From sequence record PZ151149.1: a stretch of 64,000 nucleotides of DNA; one strand, written 5' to 3'. Source of the DNA: a phage. How positions within the stretch are numbered: position 1 is the stretch's first letter; each line of letters opens with the position of its first letter. The notes beneath the pieces were generated by a model that was given only the letters and a program-made list of their open reading frames with translations, was not told the DNA's origin and ran no database searches. The position numbers and the translations under genes were made by a program. Positions 41,480-51,403 of the stretch are shown here, in pieces.

Positions 41480-41974
41480 ATGGCACTCGATTTGAATGAT
41501 ATTACACGCGGTTTCGAGTCTGGCGATTTTGCTCGTCCTAACCTGTTTGAAGTTGAGATCCCGTATCTGGGGCAAAACTTTAAGCTGATGTGTAAGGCTG
41601 CGACTGTCCCGGCTGCAACCGTAGAAAAAATTGCTGTAGGCTATCAAAACCGTAAAATTAACATCGCTGGCGACCGTGTATACGACGACTGGACCATCAC
41701 TGTATTCAACGATGACGCACACAAGATCCGTGATGCTATCGTTGCATGGAGCGATCAGACACACGGCACTGGTTCGGCGATCACTGGTGCAACTCCTGCA
41801 CAATATAAGAAACAAGCTATTGTTCGTCAACTTAACCGTAACACCGAATCAACTAGCGAAAAAACATTGTACGGTATTTTCCCGACCAACGTTGGTGAAG
41901 TAACCCTCGATTGGGAACAAAACAACGAAGTTGAAACGTTTGAAGTTACTTTTGCTATCGATTGGGTAGAATAA
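41480..41974 (+). CDS. 19: tail tube protein gp19
   Basis: Strong match to T4 gp19 (TRGFESGDFARPNLF, KINIAGDR). Confidence 0.95.
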   Translation: MALDLNDITRGFESGDFARPNLFEVEIPYLGQNFKLMCKAATVPAATVEKIAVGYQNRKINIAGDRVYDDWTITVFNDDAHKIRDAIVAWSDQTHGTGSAITGATPAQYKKQAIVRQLNRNTESTSEKTLYGIFPTNVGEVTLDWEQNNEVETFEVTFAIDWVE

Positions 41975-42032
41975 ATATATTATCATGCGGGGAGAAGTTC
42001 CCCGCTTAATTTCTCCCAATTCGAGGTGAATA

Positions 42033-43598
42033 ATGTTTAGTAGATTAAAAATGCTTGCGCGTTGGGCTGATTTTGACAACGACAAATACGAAGAACAAAT
42101 TAAAGATAAAGCAGAGTCTATCGCCGCACCTAAAAACAATGATGGTGCTACGGAAGTAGAAATTAATGATAATTTACCTGCTAGCTCGTGGAACTCTCTT
42201 ACCCAGCAATTTTACAGCACCGACCAGAAAATCAGCACAACTAAGCAATTAGTTAACACATATCGCGGTTTGATGAATAACCATGAAGTCGAAAACGCTG
42301 TACAAAATATAGTTAACGATGCGATTGTATTTGAAGAAGGTCATGAAGTTGTTTCATTAAATCTTGAGGCGACTGGCTTTAGTGAATCTGTAAAAGAGCG
42401 CATTCATGAAGAATTTAAAGATCTTTTAAACACTATCCAGTTTGATAAGCGTGGTCAGGATATGTTCCGTCGCTGGTATGTCGATTCTCGTATTTTCTTC
42501 CATAAAATCATCGGCAAAAATCCAAAAGATGGTATCATAGAATTACGCCAGCTTGACCCACGTAATCTTGAATACGTTCGAGAGATCATTACAGAAGACA
42601 CACCGGAAGGTAAAATTTATAAAGCAACGAAAGAATATTTCATTTACACTGTAGGCAATAGCTCTTATTGCGCAGGTGGTCAAGTATTCTCTCCTAATAG
42701 TCGCGTTAAAATCCCGCGTAGTGCTATTACATACGCTCACAGCGGCTTGATGGATTGTGATGATAAATATATCATTGGTTATTTGCATCGGGCTGTTAAG
42801 CCAGCAAACCAGCTTAAATTGTTGGAAGACGCAATGGTCGTTTATCGTATCACGCGTGCACCGGAACGCCGAGTGTTCTTTATTGATACCGGAAACATGA
42901 ACAACCGCAAGGCTGCACAGCACATGAACTCAGTGGCACAGTCTTTTAAAAACCGCGTTGTTTATGATGCATCGACTGGTAAACTTAAAAACCAGCAAGC
43001 AAATCTATCAATGACAGAGGACTACTGGTTACAGCGTCGAGATGGTAAAGCAATCACCGACGTTACTACTTTACCGGGTGCATCCGGTATGAGTGATATC
43101 GATGATATTCGCTACTTTAACCGTAAATTGTATGAAGCGTTGCGTGTGCCATTGTCACGCAGCAATCTCTCCGATGCTAATATGGTGATCGGTGGTGACG
43201 GTTCAGAAATTACTCGCGATGAGTTGGAATTTTCGAAATTCATTAGAACTCTGCAATCACAGTTTTCGGAAGTATTGCGCGATCCGCTTAAATACAATCT
43301 GATTCTCAAAAATGTAATTACGGAAGACGATTGGGATCGTGAAATAAATAATATCAAGGTGGTTTTCCATCGGGACTCTTACTATACAGAAGTTAAAGAC
43401 GCGGAAATTTTAGAGCGTCGAATCGGTCTAATCGAACGTATTACACCTTACATTGGTAAATATTTCTCTAACCAGACAGTGATGCGTGACATTCTGAAAT
43501 ATACCGATGACCAGATGGACACCGAGAAGAAACAGATCGAAGAAGAAGCGAACGATCCGCGCTTTAAACAAACTCCCGATGAAATAGAGGATTTTTAA
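42033..43598 (+). CDS. 20: portal vertex protein gp20
   Basis: Strong match to T4 gp20 (HFRRWYVDSRIFFHKII, YLHRAVKPANQLKLLED). Confidence 0.95.
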   Translation: MFSRLKMLARWADFDNDKYEEQIKDKAESIAAPKNNDGATEVEINDNLPASSWNSLTQQFYSTDQKISTTKQLVNTYRGLMNNHEVENAVQNIVNDAIVFEEGHEVVSLNLEATGFSESVKERIHEEFKDLLNTIQFDKRGQDMFRRWYVDSRIFFHKIIGKNPKDGIIELRQLDPRNLEYVREIITEDTPEGKIYKATKEYFIYTVGNSSYCAGGQVFSPNSRVKIPRSAITYAHSGLMDCDDKYIIGYLHRAVKPANQLKLLEDAMVVYRITRAPERRVFFIDTGNMNNRKAAQHMNSVAQSFKNRVVYDASTGKLKNQQANLSMTEDYWLQRRDGKAITDVTTLPGASGMSDIDDIRYFNRKLYEALRVPLSRSNLSDANMVIGGDGSEITRDELEFSKFIRTLQSQFSEVLRDPLKYNLILKNVITEDDWDREINNIKVVFHRDSYYTEVKDAEILERRIGLIERITPYIGKYFSNQTVMRDILKYTDDQMDTEKKQIEEEANDPRFKQTPDEIEDF

Positions 43599-43841
43599 AT
43601 GAAACAATTTATCGAAGCAATTAAAACTCGCGATCTAACGCTGATCGAAAAAGAATTTGATAAGATCATGGAGGCTAAAAAAGCCCAGATCATCGAATCC
43701 CAGCGTGTCGAAATCGCATCCAGTATCATGATCGAAGGTGAAGAAGAAAAAGACCGCGATGATGAAGAAGATATGGAAGATGAGGACGACGAAGACGAAG
43801 ATCGCAAAGACGATAAAAAAGACAAAGAAGACGACGAATGA
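43599..43841 (+). CDS. 67: prohead core protein gp67
   Basis: 80 aa as in T4 gp67; acidic C-terminal tail; synteny. Confidence 0.8.
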   Translation: MKQFIEAIKTRDLTLIEKEFDKIMEAKKAQIIESQRVEIASSIMIEGEEEKDRDDEEDMEDEDDEDEDRKDDKKDKEDDE

Positions 43842-43853
43842 TAGGAAGCCAAC

Positions 43854-44261
43854 ATGATTAAAGATTTTACTCCTAAAGCTGACTTAGAAACTTTTCTGCC
43901 GGAAGCACAGGAAAAATTAGACATGTTGGCTATGTTTGAGTCAGAAGAACTATTGAAAATCGTTGAAGGTATCTCCGAGGATGAGCCGGAACTGGCGGTA
44001 GCAATGCTGTCTATCATCGACGGAATTACTGTAAATGAAGCAATGGTTAAACATGTAAACGCACGCGGGGAAGTTGCACGTAAGAAAGATCGCAAAACCC
44101 GTGAGCGTAATGCTTACATGACTACTGGCCTAAGCAAAGCTAAACGCCGTCAAATTGCCCGTCGTGCTGCAAAAACCAAACGTGCAAATCCATCTATCGA
44201 ACGTCATGCGGAACGTAAGCGCAAAAAAGCAATGCGTAAACGTAAGGCGTTAGGATTATAA
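43854..44261 (+). CDS. 68: prohead core protein gp68
   Basis: Synteny, size 135 aa, basic C-terminus. Confidence 0.8.
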   Translation: MIKDFTPKADLETFLPEAQEKLDMLAMFESEELLKIVEGISEDEPELAVAMLSIIDGITVNEAMVKHVNARGEVARKKDRKTRERNAYMTTGLSKAKRRQIARRAAKTKRANPSIERHAERKRKKAMRKRKALGL

Positions 44262-44272
44262 CAGGAAACAAC

Positions 44273-44968
44273 ATGGAAAAGAACGAATTACTGATCGAAC
44301 AATGGGGCGTTCCTTGTGCTCGCGGTAGTTCGTCATTGCTTGAATCATTTGATGATAAGGCTACAGGAAATCTCTATATTCAAGGGATTTTCCTGCAAGC
44401 CGAAACGGTAAACCGCAATAAACGCTGGTATCCTCGCAGTGTTCTAGAAAATGCGGTTACTAAATACATACATGAACAAGTTGAGACACATCAAGCTCTA
44501 GGCGAACTTAATCACCCAGCAAGAGCAATGCCAGATCCATCTAATGCTTGCATCATAATTGAAAAATTATGGTGGGAAGGTAATAACGTGATGGGTAAAG
44601 CCCGTGTTATTGAAGGGGATAAAGGCGCAGGTGATAAACTTGCTGCACTGATTCGCGCTGGCTGGATTCCTGGCGTTTCCTCCCGTGGGTTGGGTCGGTT
44701 GAAAGACTCTGGTCGCGGATACAATATTGTACAGGAAGGTTTTGTGTTGACGGTTGGTGTTGATGTTGTTTGGGGTCCGAGCGCACCAGATGCGTGGGTA
44801 ACTCCGGTGGTTGAGTCAACGGATAGCGATTCTAGCGCGTCAGACGCACCAGAAAGCGATAAAACCGAAAAAGTGACTAACCCTACAGCCTCACAACAAA
44901 ACATCGTAGAATCGAATAATAGCGCGTTTATGGCGCTCGCAGAAGCGTTATCTAAACGCTATAAATAA
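44273..44968 (+). CDS. 21: prohead core protein and protease gp21
   Basis: Strong match to T4 gp21 (ALGELNHP, AGWIPGVSSRGLG, WGPSAPDAWVTP). Confidence 0.95.
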   Translation: MEKNELLIEQWGVPCARGSSSLLESFDDKATGNLYIQGIFLQAETVNRNKRWYPRSVLENAVTKYIHEQVETHQALGELNHPARAMPDPSNACIIIEKLWWEGNNVMGKARVIEGDKGAGDKLAALIRAGWIPGVSSRGLGRLKDSGRGYNIVQEGFVLTVGVDVVWGPSAPDAWVTPVVESTDSDSSASDAPESDKTEKVTNPTASQQNIVESNNSAFMALAEALSKRYK

Positions 44969-44999
44969 TAACGTCGTTATCAACAAGAAGGTTATAACC

Positions 45000-45794
45000 A
45001 TGCTTAAAGAAATGCTGCTCGAAGAAGCAAAACAGATCACCGTAGACGTTGCTCTCGATGACCTGTTTGAATCCGTCGAACTGTCGCCGGAAGTAAAAGA
45101 AAATTTTGGTGCTATCTACGCTCAGGCGGTAAAAGCTAATGCTGTTGCACTGGCAGAAAGCCACATTGAAAAAATCGCCGCTAAAGCCGATGAACTGGTA
45201 GAATCAAAGGTCGAAGAAGCACGCACCGAGATTGAAACCAAACTGTACGAAGATGCAGATAAATTCCTGAATCACTTAGGCGCTAAATGGCTGGCAGAAA
45301 ATAAAGAAGCCGTCACCCGTAATATTAAAGCGGATCTGTGCGAATCCCTGATTGGTTCTCTGAAAGATGTTTTCGTTACTCACAATGTTGTAGTACCGGA
45401 AGAATCTGTAGACGTTGTTGCTGAACTTGACGAAGCACTCAAAGAAGAAAAAGAAAAAACCTCTGAACTCTTTGATGCCAAACTGCAACTTGAAAGCGAA
45501 ATTCGTGGCATGAAGCGCGAACAAGCGATCAATGAAAGCACTCGTGATCTTTCCGATACTCAGAAAGAAAAAGTAACCGCGCTGATTGAAGGTCTGGAAT
45601 ATAGCGAAACTTTCGATAAGAAATTAACTGCAATTGTCGAAATGGTTGCTAAGAAAGAAGACAAACCAGCGAAGATTGAAGAATCACTAAATACTGATGC
45701 TGACAAGCTGAATGTTATTGCAGAAGCTGTCGAAAAATCAGATAAAAAGGCAACTGTAGATTCCGGCGTATCCCGCTACCTGAATTTCATCTAA
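45000..45794 (+). CDS. 22: prohead core scaffold protein gp22
   Basis: Synteny, size 264 aa, acidic coiled-coil composition. Confidence 0.85.
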   Translation: MLKEMLLEEAKQITVDVALDDLFESVELSPEVKENFGAIYAQAVKANAVALAESHIEKIAAKADELVESKVEEARTEIETKLYEDADKFLNHLGAKWLAENKEAVTRNIKADLCESLIGSLKDVFVTHNVVVPEESVDVVAELDEALKEEKEKTSELFDAKLQLESEIRGMKREQAINESTRDLSDTQKEKVTALIEGLEYSETFDKKLTAIVEMVAKKEDKPAKIEESLNTDADKLNVIAEAVEKSDKKATVDSGVSRYLNFI

Positions 45795-45812
45795 TGTAAT
45801 TCAAATCTACTT

Positions 45813-45820
45813 TATAAATA
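45813..45820 (+). promoter_or_regulatory. T4-type late promoter TATAAATA upstream of gene 23
   Basis: Exact TATAAATA 34 nt before ATG. Confidence 0.65.
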
Positions 45821-45853
45821 CTTTAGGTTAACAACAAACAAGGTTTAAAGAAC

Positions 45854-47440
45854 ATGAAAACTACCAAAGAACTGATGGAAAAATGGTCCCCGCTGCTGGA
45901 GAACGAAAAACTGCCGGAAATCGCAACTGCGTCTAAGCAGAAACTGGTTGCTAAAATTCTGGAATCTCAGGAAGCGGACTTTGCTGTAGACCCGATCTAT
46001 AAGGATGAAAAAGTTGTTGAAGCATTCGGTGGCTTTATCGCAGAAGCCGAAGTTGCTGGCGACCACGGTTATGATGCATCTCAGATCGCGGCTGGTCAGA
46101 CTACTGGTGCAATCACCAACGTAGGTCCGGCTGTTATCGGTATGGTTCGCCGTGCTATCCCTAACCTGATCGCATTTGATATTTGTGGCGTTCAGCCGAT
46201 GAGCACCCCGACTAGCCAGATCTTTGCAATCCGTTCTGTATACGGTCCTAACCCGCTGGCATCTCAGGCTAAAGAAGCATTCCATCCGATGTATGCTCCT
46301 GATGTGTTCCATAGCTCTCTGGCTGCTAAAGGTGCAACCACTGGTTCCCCGACTGGTACTCCGTTTGCTAAACTGGCAATCGGTACTCAGATTGCAGCGG
46401 GTGATATTGTTCACCACACCTTCGCAGAAACTGGTATTGCATATCTGCAAAACGTTACCGCAGACGCAGTAACCCCTACCAAAGCAGGTCAAGAAACCGC
46501 AGACGAAACTGTTATGAAGCTGATGGAAGAAGGTAAGCTGGCTGAAATCGCTTATGGTATGGCTACTTCCATCGCGGAAATTCAGGAAGGCTTTAACGGT
46601 TCTCAGAATAACCCGTGGGCTGAAATGTCAATGCGTATTGACAAACAGGTTGTTGAAGCGAAATCTCGCCAACTGAAAGCCCGTTACTCTATCGAAGTTG
46701 CACAGGATCTGCGTGCTGTACATGGTATGGACGCTGACGCTGAACTGAATGCGATCCTGGCTAACGAAGTTCTGCTGGAAATCAACCGTGAAATCGTTGA
46801 TGTAATCAACTTTACCGCTCAGGTTGGTAAAACTGGTATGACTCAGACCGTTGGTTCTAAAGCTGGTGTATTTGACCTGCAAGACCCGATCGATACTCGC
46901 GGTGCTCGTTGGGCTGGTGAATCCTTCAAATCTCTGATCTACCAGATCGACAAAGAAGCTGCTGAAATCGCTCGTCAGACTGGTCGCGGTGCTGGTAACT
47001 TTGTTATCGCTTCCCGTAACGTTGTAAACATTCTGGCTTCTGCTGATCAGGGTATCAGTCTTGCTATGCAGGGTGCTGCAAAAGGTCTGAATACCGACAC
47101 CACTAAAGCTGTTTTCGCTGGTGTTCTGGCTGGTAAGTACAAAGTATTCATCGACCAGTATGCTCGTCAGGACTACTTCACCGTAGGTTACAAAGGCGAC
47201 AACGAAATGGATGCTGGTATCTACTATGCTCCGTATGTTGCTCTGACTCCGCTGCGTGCAACTGATCCGCAGTCTTTCCACCCGGTTCTGGGCTTCAAGA
47301 CTCGCTACGGCATCGGTATTAACCCGTTTGCAGACAGCAAATCCCAGGCACCGTCCGCTCGCATCACCTCCGGTATGTTGAGCAAAGACAGCGTAGGTAA
47401 AAACGCATACTTCCGTCGTGTATGGGTTAAAGGTTGCTAA
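45854..47440 (+). CDS. 23: major capsid protein gp23
   Basis: Strong match to T4 gp23 throughout (GMVRRAIPNLIAFDICGVQPM, YYAPYVALTPLR); late promoter TATAAATA upstream. Confidence 0.97.
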   Translation: MKTTKELMEKWSPLLENEKLPEIATASKQKLVAKILESQEADFAVDPIYKDEKVVEAFGGFIAEAEVAGDHGYDASQIAAGQTTGAITNVGPAVIGMVRRAIPNLIAFDICGVQPMSTPTSQIFAIRSVYGPNPLASQAKEAFHPMYAPDVFHSSLAAKGATTGSPTGTPFAKLAIGTQIAAGDIVHHTFAETGIAYLQNVTADAVTPTKAGQETADETVMKLMEEGKLAEIAYGMATSIAEIQEGFNGSQNNPWAEMSMRIDKQVVEAKSRQLKARYSIEVAQDLRAVHGMDADAELNAILANEVLLEINREIVDVINFTAQVGKTGMTQTVGSKAGVFDLQDPIDTRGARWAGESFKSLIYQIDKEAAEIARQTGRGAGNFVIASRNVVNILASADQGISLAMQGAAKGLNTDTTKAVFAGVLAGKYKVFIDQYARQDYFTVGYKGDNEMDAGIYYAPYVALTPLRATDPQSFHPVLGFKTRYGIGINPFADSKSQAPSARITSGMLSKDSVGKNAYFRRVWVKGC

Positions 47441-47524
47441 TATAAGCCATTCCTGAAAACTCCTGTCGGGTGCAATGCCCGACTTATCATAAACCTTATG
47501 ACAGTGTAAAGTGTTAATTCCAAA

Positions 47525-47555
47525 GGGAAGACTCGAAAGGGTCTTCCCTTTTTGC
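47525..47555 (+). terminator. rho-independent terminator after gene 23
   Basis: Hairpin GGGAAGAC-TCGAAAG-GGTCTTCCC then TTTTT. Confidence 0.7.
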
Positions 47556-47569
47556 GTATCATACCCCGT

Positions 47570-47577
47570 TATAAATA
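47570..47577 (+). promoter_or_regulatory. T4-type late promoter TATAAATA after the gene 23 terminator
   Basis: Exact TATAAATA; long leader to gene 24. Confidence 0.5.
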
Positions 47578-47842
47578 AGGTTGCAAGCCTATATTCTATT
47601 GGGAGCGAAAATAGATACACACAACAAACAATTCCACCAATTTTCGTAGTAACTGCATGGCAAAGGGACCAATGAATGAAATGAGCGTTCATGTTGATAT
47701 TGGGTCGGATAGATTTGGTAGATATACAAATCTGGTGTATGCCGACCTTGTTATGACACTCCAGCGTGACGCTAGCGGTAATTTTTGGTTTTGGTACGCT
47801 GTTCCCTGAATTAACCACAAATTCTCCATAAGGAGGAAATGC

Positions 47843-47995
47843 ATGAGTAAGAAAGAAAACAGCTATGTTATGACTCGTAAGGAATACAACGAATTGATGT
47901 TAGCATTAGCTTATGCAATTATTCGTTCTGATCATGCAATTAATCTGGTAAACAAAGTTAACCGTAGCGTTGATAATGTTTCTAGGAAGAAGTAA
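47843..47995 (+). CDS. hypothetical small protein (50 aa)
   Basis: ORF MSKKENSYVMTRKEYNELMLALAYAIIRSDHAINLVNKVNRSVDNVSRKK with strong AAGGAGG RBS 6-8 nt upstream; below track size cutoff. Confidence 0.45.
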   Translation: MSKKENSYVMTRKEYNELMLALAYAIIRSDHAINLVNKVNRSVDNVSRKK

Positions 47996-48078
47996 GTTTA
48001 TTTTGGAATCCTTCGGATTCCTTTTTCTTTTTGTATAAATATGATATATCCATTAAGGCAAATACAGGATTCATAAAC

Positions 48079-49320
48079 ATGACTCATATTTTTACTGAAC
48101 TGTTGCGGGAATCTACTTCCTCAGTAGCTAACCAGACAGCGCGACCGCAACTATTATCATTAACTCGCGCGGTAAACAACCTGATTTTCTCTGATCTGGT
48201 AGCAATCCAGCCAACGGATCAACCAGTATCTGCATTGTACGGCCTACGTTATCTTAACCGTGATGGTCAGATGACTTTCCGAACTGCTACAACCTATGGT
48301 GGCGCGGCTGGTGATCGCACAGAGATTGAAGAGTTTTCAAAAGAAAAATCTTATAACGAAGGCGCACTATTCAAATCAGACGATGTTGTATACGAAGTTG
48401 TGACCGCTGGTACAGTCGGTGAAGATGCCGAAACTCCAGAAGCTGCAATCTTTAAAGGCATAATGACAAACAAAATTCGTTTCTATAGCGATTGTGCATC
48501 GGTAGAATACTTTGAAGATAAAAACACCGAAATTTCGTCTACCTCTATGCAGTTTGATAAATGGCAGGTTAATGTAGGTTCTCGTAAACTGAAAACCTCA
48601 TTCACGACCGAATTGATGCAGGATCTTGAGGCAAGCCAAATCAACTCTGAAAACTCTGTAATTGATCTTCTGGCTACTGTTGCTTCCGAAGAGATCAACA
48701 AAGATATTATTCAGAAGTTGATCACTGTATCATCTCGCTATAAAATTAAAGGGATCACCCCTGATGGCGTACTTTCTCTCGTTAGCGTTCAGGATGCACC
48801 AACACAAGCGCGTGAACTTTACCGCTATGCTTGCGAAATGAGCAATCAAATGTTGCGGACTTCCTCCTTTGCTGGTACATACGTTTTGGCGTCTTCTCGC
48901 GTGGTTGGCCTCCTGCAATCTACCGGATGGATGGAAGAAACCGACAATGCTCTAAGCGAAGGTCGTCTACGTTGCGGTCTGGAAGTGTACGCAGACACGA
49001 CAACACCTTTCGATTATATGCTCGTTGGTTGTAAGCACATGATCGGTGATATGGAGAGTGTAGGTTCTCTGTTCTACTCCCCATATACAGAAGCCGACGG
49101 CGCTGGCGCGTATAAGAGTGTAATTGACCCTAATAGCTTCCAGCATCATGTAGCTATTATGAATCGTTATTCACTCTCTGTCAACCCATATACATCAAAA
49201 GTTGATCAGGAAGAACACCAGGTCATCAAGGGTGACGATTGGGGTAAAATGGCTGGACGTTCAGAAATGTCCTACATTTTAGGAATCGAACTGCCACCGC
49301 TTGAGATTGACAACGCTTAA
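48079..49320 (+). CDS. 24: capsid vertex protein gp24
   Basis: Match to T4 gp24 from ELLREST onward; start at ATG 48079 rather than track start 48031. Confidence 0.9.
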   Translation: MTHIFTELLRESTSSVANQTARPQLLSLTRAVNNLIFSDLVAIQPTDQPVSALYGLRYLNRDGQMTFRTATTYGGAAGDRTEIEEFSKEKSYNEGALFKSDDVVYEVVTAGTVGEDAETPEAAIFKGIMTNKIRFYSDCASVEYFEDKNTEISSTSMQFDKWQVNVGSRKLKTSFTTELMQDLEASQINSENSVIDLLATVASEEINKDIIQKLITVSSRYKIKGITPDGVLSLVSVQDAPTQARELYRYACEMSNQMLRTSSFAGTYVLASSRVVGLLQSTGWMEETDNALSEGRLRCGLEVYADTTTPFDYMLVGCKHMIGDMESVGSLFYSPYTEADGAGAYKSVIDPNSFQHHVAIMNRYSLSVNPYTSKVDQEEHQVIKGDDWGKMAGRSEMSYILGIELPPLEIDNA

Positions 49321-49907
49321 CTAAATATCTAACCAAGACAAGTCAGATCCGCCCAAGATTTTTTCGACGGCGGATCTATTTTCTTGATGATATAAGTTAA
49401 AACATGGTATCCCATGTCTACGGGCAACATAAACAGCAATTCTAGTTCCTCCCGAAACGATTCCATTAACTTCTTTCGCCCAAAATAACACACAATCTAC
49501 AGGATCATCAAGTGTCTCACCTAAGACTTGAGCAACATTTCTAGAAAACAGATTTTGCATGTATAACGGTATAGAACGAGGATTATCATAAACGTGTTCT
49601 AATTCATCCATCGCCAGATTTTTTGTTCTAAGGTTTGCCATGCAATAACATCATGACCGTTATGCTTGTGGTCATAAAACTTCCAATTTGGAATGAAAAT
49701 TTTTCTATAATCTGGATCGTAATACTTCATGAAAGCATTGTCCATACCGTAAGCCCCTCCAGAATGCGCTACAACGCGATTTTCTGACAATACCCTCCCA
49801 ATGGTACTAGCCATTATCAAAATGTCGCTAGGCGCTTTTCTAGAGCCTATTAAAGCACATCTACGAAGTGGTTTTACTCCAAATAGATCTTGTAACTGGT
49901 CAAACAT
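49321..49907 (-). CDS. DprA/Smf-like Rossmann-fold protein, split into two overlapping reading frames at an A6 run (frameshifted, possibly pseudogene)
   Basis: N half ALIGSRKAPSDI...AHSGGAYGMDNAF and C half IVSGGTRIAVYVARRHGIPCFNL together resemble one DprA/Smf-type domain; track ORFs 49599..49907 and 49321..49641 overlap around AACAAAAAATC. Confidence 0.45.
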
Positions 49908-50044
49908 AATATTTCCTCCATAGAAAGCAATATCATACTACAAGTTAATAACAAATACAAGTATCCGCGTAGCGGAAGCGAGCACAGCGAGCAATAAAAC
50001 ACTTCCAGTAATTGATTAATAAATGTTCGAAACAAATTTTTATT

Positions 50045-50100
50045 ATTCTATAAGATAAGTCTTCGTTTTGATCATAATTTAATCATACATGTAAAAACTA
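50045..50100. repeat. intergenic repeat copy C (core CTTCGTTTTGATCATAATTTAATCA)
   Basis: 25-nt core identical to 50210..50234; 149 bp spacing. Confidence 0.6.
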
Positions 50101-50185
50101 CACAAAAGGATATCGCTTCGCGAACTCCTACGGAGTATAACATTTGTGTTACAATATGTAGTGAGTAATAATTAACCAAAGATAC

Positions 50186-50245
50186 ATTTTCTATGTTCTA
50201 AAGATCTTTCTTCGTTTTGATCATAATTTAATCAAACAGTATTAA
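50186..50245. repeat. intergenic repeat copy B (ATTTTCTATGTTCTAAAGATCTTTCTTCGTTTTGATCATAATTTAATCA)
   Basis: Combines the copy A segment and the copy C core. Confidence 0.6.
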
Positions 50246-50286
50246 TATTGTGCACATGTAAACTAAAATTATGTTAATAACATATA

Positions 50287-50313
50287 CAAAAAAGCCGCCC
50301 AGAAGGACGGCTA
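50287..50313 (-). terminator. rho-independent terminator after 50321..50758
   Basis: Hairpin AGCCGTCC-TTCT-GGGCGGCT then TTTTTT on minus strand. Confidence 0.6.
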
Positions 50314-50320
50314 ATGTTAA

Positions 50321-50758
50321 TTATTTGTTGATAACGATCTGATTTCGGCGAATGGTAACATTACTCTTAGAGATGATCAGATCATCCGGCACGACGTTAG
50401 TTTTGTATGGTTGGAAGCGAACAAGCATCTGATTGCGTTTAGACCCTTCCTTAATCTTGATCTCCATCTGGATATTGTTGCCTACGTGAGCAACCGCAAT
50501 TTCACCTTTATTCTCATAGACCCACTTGATGGTAACGTCTCCAGCAAAAGCCTTAATAACTTGCAATGCTTCGTCGTATGCGGTAGAGCTGTGAACTTTC
50601 AGAAGTCCAGCCGTAGCAAGACGGGAGCAGGTGATCGCCGGAGATTGCCAAACATCAACATTAATTTGCTCAATCAGAGTAACACCGCCCTGATCAACTG
50701 CTTTGAATGCTTCGAACATTGCCTTTTTCATTGCTACGTGGTTTTTACGGAATTTCAT
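50321..50758 (-). CDS. hypothetical protein (145 aa)
   Basis: ORF; followed by rho-independent terminator. Confidence 0.5.
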   Translation of the reverse strand: MKFRKNHVAMKKAMFEAFKAVDQGGVTLIEQINVDVWQSPAITCSRLATAGLLKVHSSTAYDEALQVIKAFAGDVTIKWVYENKGEIAVAHVGNNIQMEIKIKEGSKRNQMLVRFQPYKTNVVPDDLIISKSNVTIRRNQIVINK

Positions 50759-50804
50759 AATTAGTCACCTCTATTGATTAGTTATTCAGAATATTAATTA
50801 CAAA

Positions 50805-51080
50805 TCAGGACATTGCCCGTTTGAATGCGTCCATTATAACAGTGTTATTTGGCTTGTCAACACGTTTTTGAACTTTATTTTTAAATTTTTTGTTGATGTG
50901 GTGTTTACGATAAACAACCTTTTCACGGCTGGCGTAAGCCTCGCGTGCATCTTTTACCATCAACCATGCCTTAGCCGCATCTTGTCCGCTGATCCCGCCA
51001 ATCTTTTTAGCAATATCAACAAAATTAAGACCGTGGTCTTCGCGTAGCATGTAAACCATTAACGCTGTTTTCTTGTCCAT
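50805..51080 (-). CDS. small basic protein with helix-turn-helix-like segment (91 aa; long form would start at 51188)
   Basis: LNFVDIAKKIGGISGQDAAKAW resembles an HTH; Lys-rich C-terminus; start ambiguous. Confidence 0.4.
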   Translation of the reverse strand: MDKKTALMVYMLREDHGLNFVDIAKKIGGISGQDAAKAWLMVKDAREAYASREKVVYRKHHINKKFKNKVQKRVDKPNNTVIMDAFKRAMS

Positions 51081-51277
51081 CACTTCGCCCCATTGACGAT
51101 TAACAGGATAGTGATCAGTACCGGAAACTGGATCATGACAGTACCAAAAAACCGGATAAACGCATTTTCTGATTTCCATACATGACATGCGACTAGCTGA
51201 TAGACCATTGTTGCAACCAAAGCCAGAAAATACATCTCGATTGGTGTTTCTTTGATCAATCGTACAATCTCATTCAT
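51080..51277 (-). CDS. small membrane protein (65 aa)
   Basis: ORF with GAGGTGA RBS, downstream of sigma70-like promoter; hydrophobic. Confidence 0.45.
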   Translation of the reverse strand: MNEIVRLIKETPIEMYFLALVATMVYQLVACHVWKSENAFIRFFGTVMIQFPVLITILLIVNGAK

Positions 51278-51403
51278 ACTTCACCTCATACATTCATAAA
51301 CACAACAACGAATAATACAGTAACAGTTATCAACGCCATTTTCAACCCCACATTCATAATATTTTCTTCGCCTCACTATGACAGTAGCATGTCGATGCGT
51401 GCC

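Noticed and set aside
41441-42005. GC-rich hairpins GCGGGGA...TCCCCGC upstream of genes 19 and 20 as terminators
   Set aside because: They lack a following T-run and sit right in front of late gene starts; more likely RNA stability or translation-control stems, and not called as terminators.
43595-44095. 166-aa Ser-rich minus-strand ORF opposite genes 67 and 68
   Set aside because: Mirror image of the acidic GAA/GAT-rich coding sequence on the plus strand; compositional artefact.
46628-47818. 396-aa minus-strand ORF running antisense through gene 23
   Set aside because: It lies opposite the best-supported gene in the window (major capsid protein) and continues into noncoding DNA. Long antisense frames are expected opposite highly expressed genes with biased codon use, and it has no RBS or homology.
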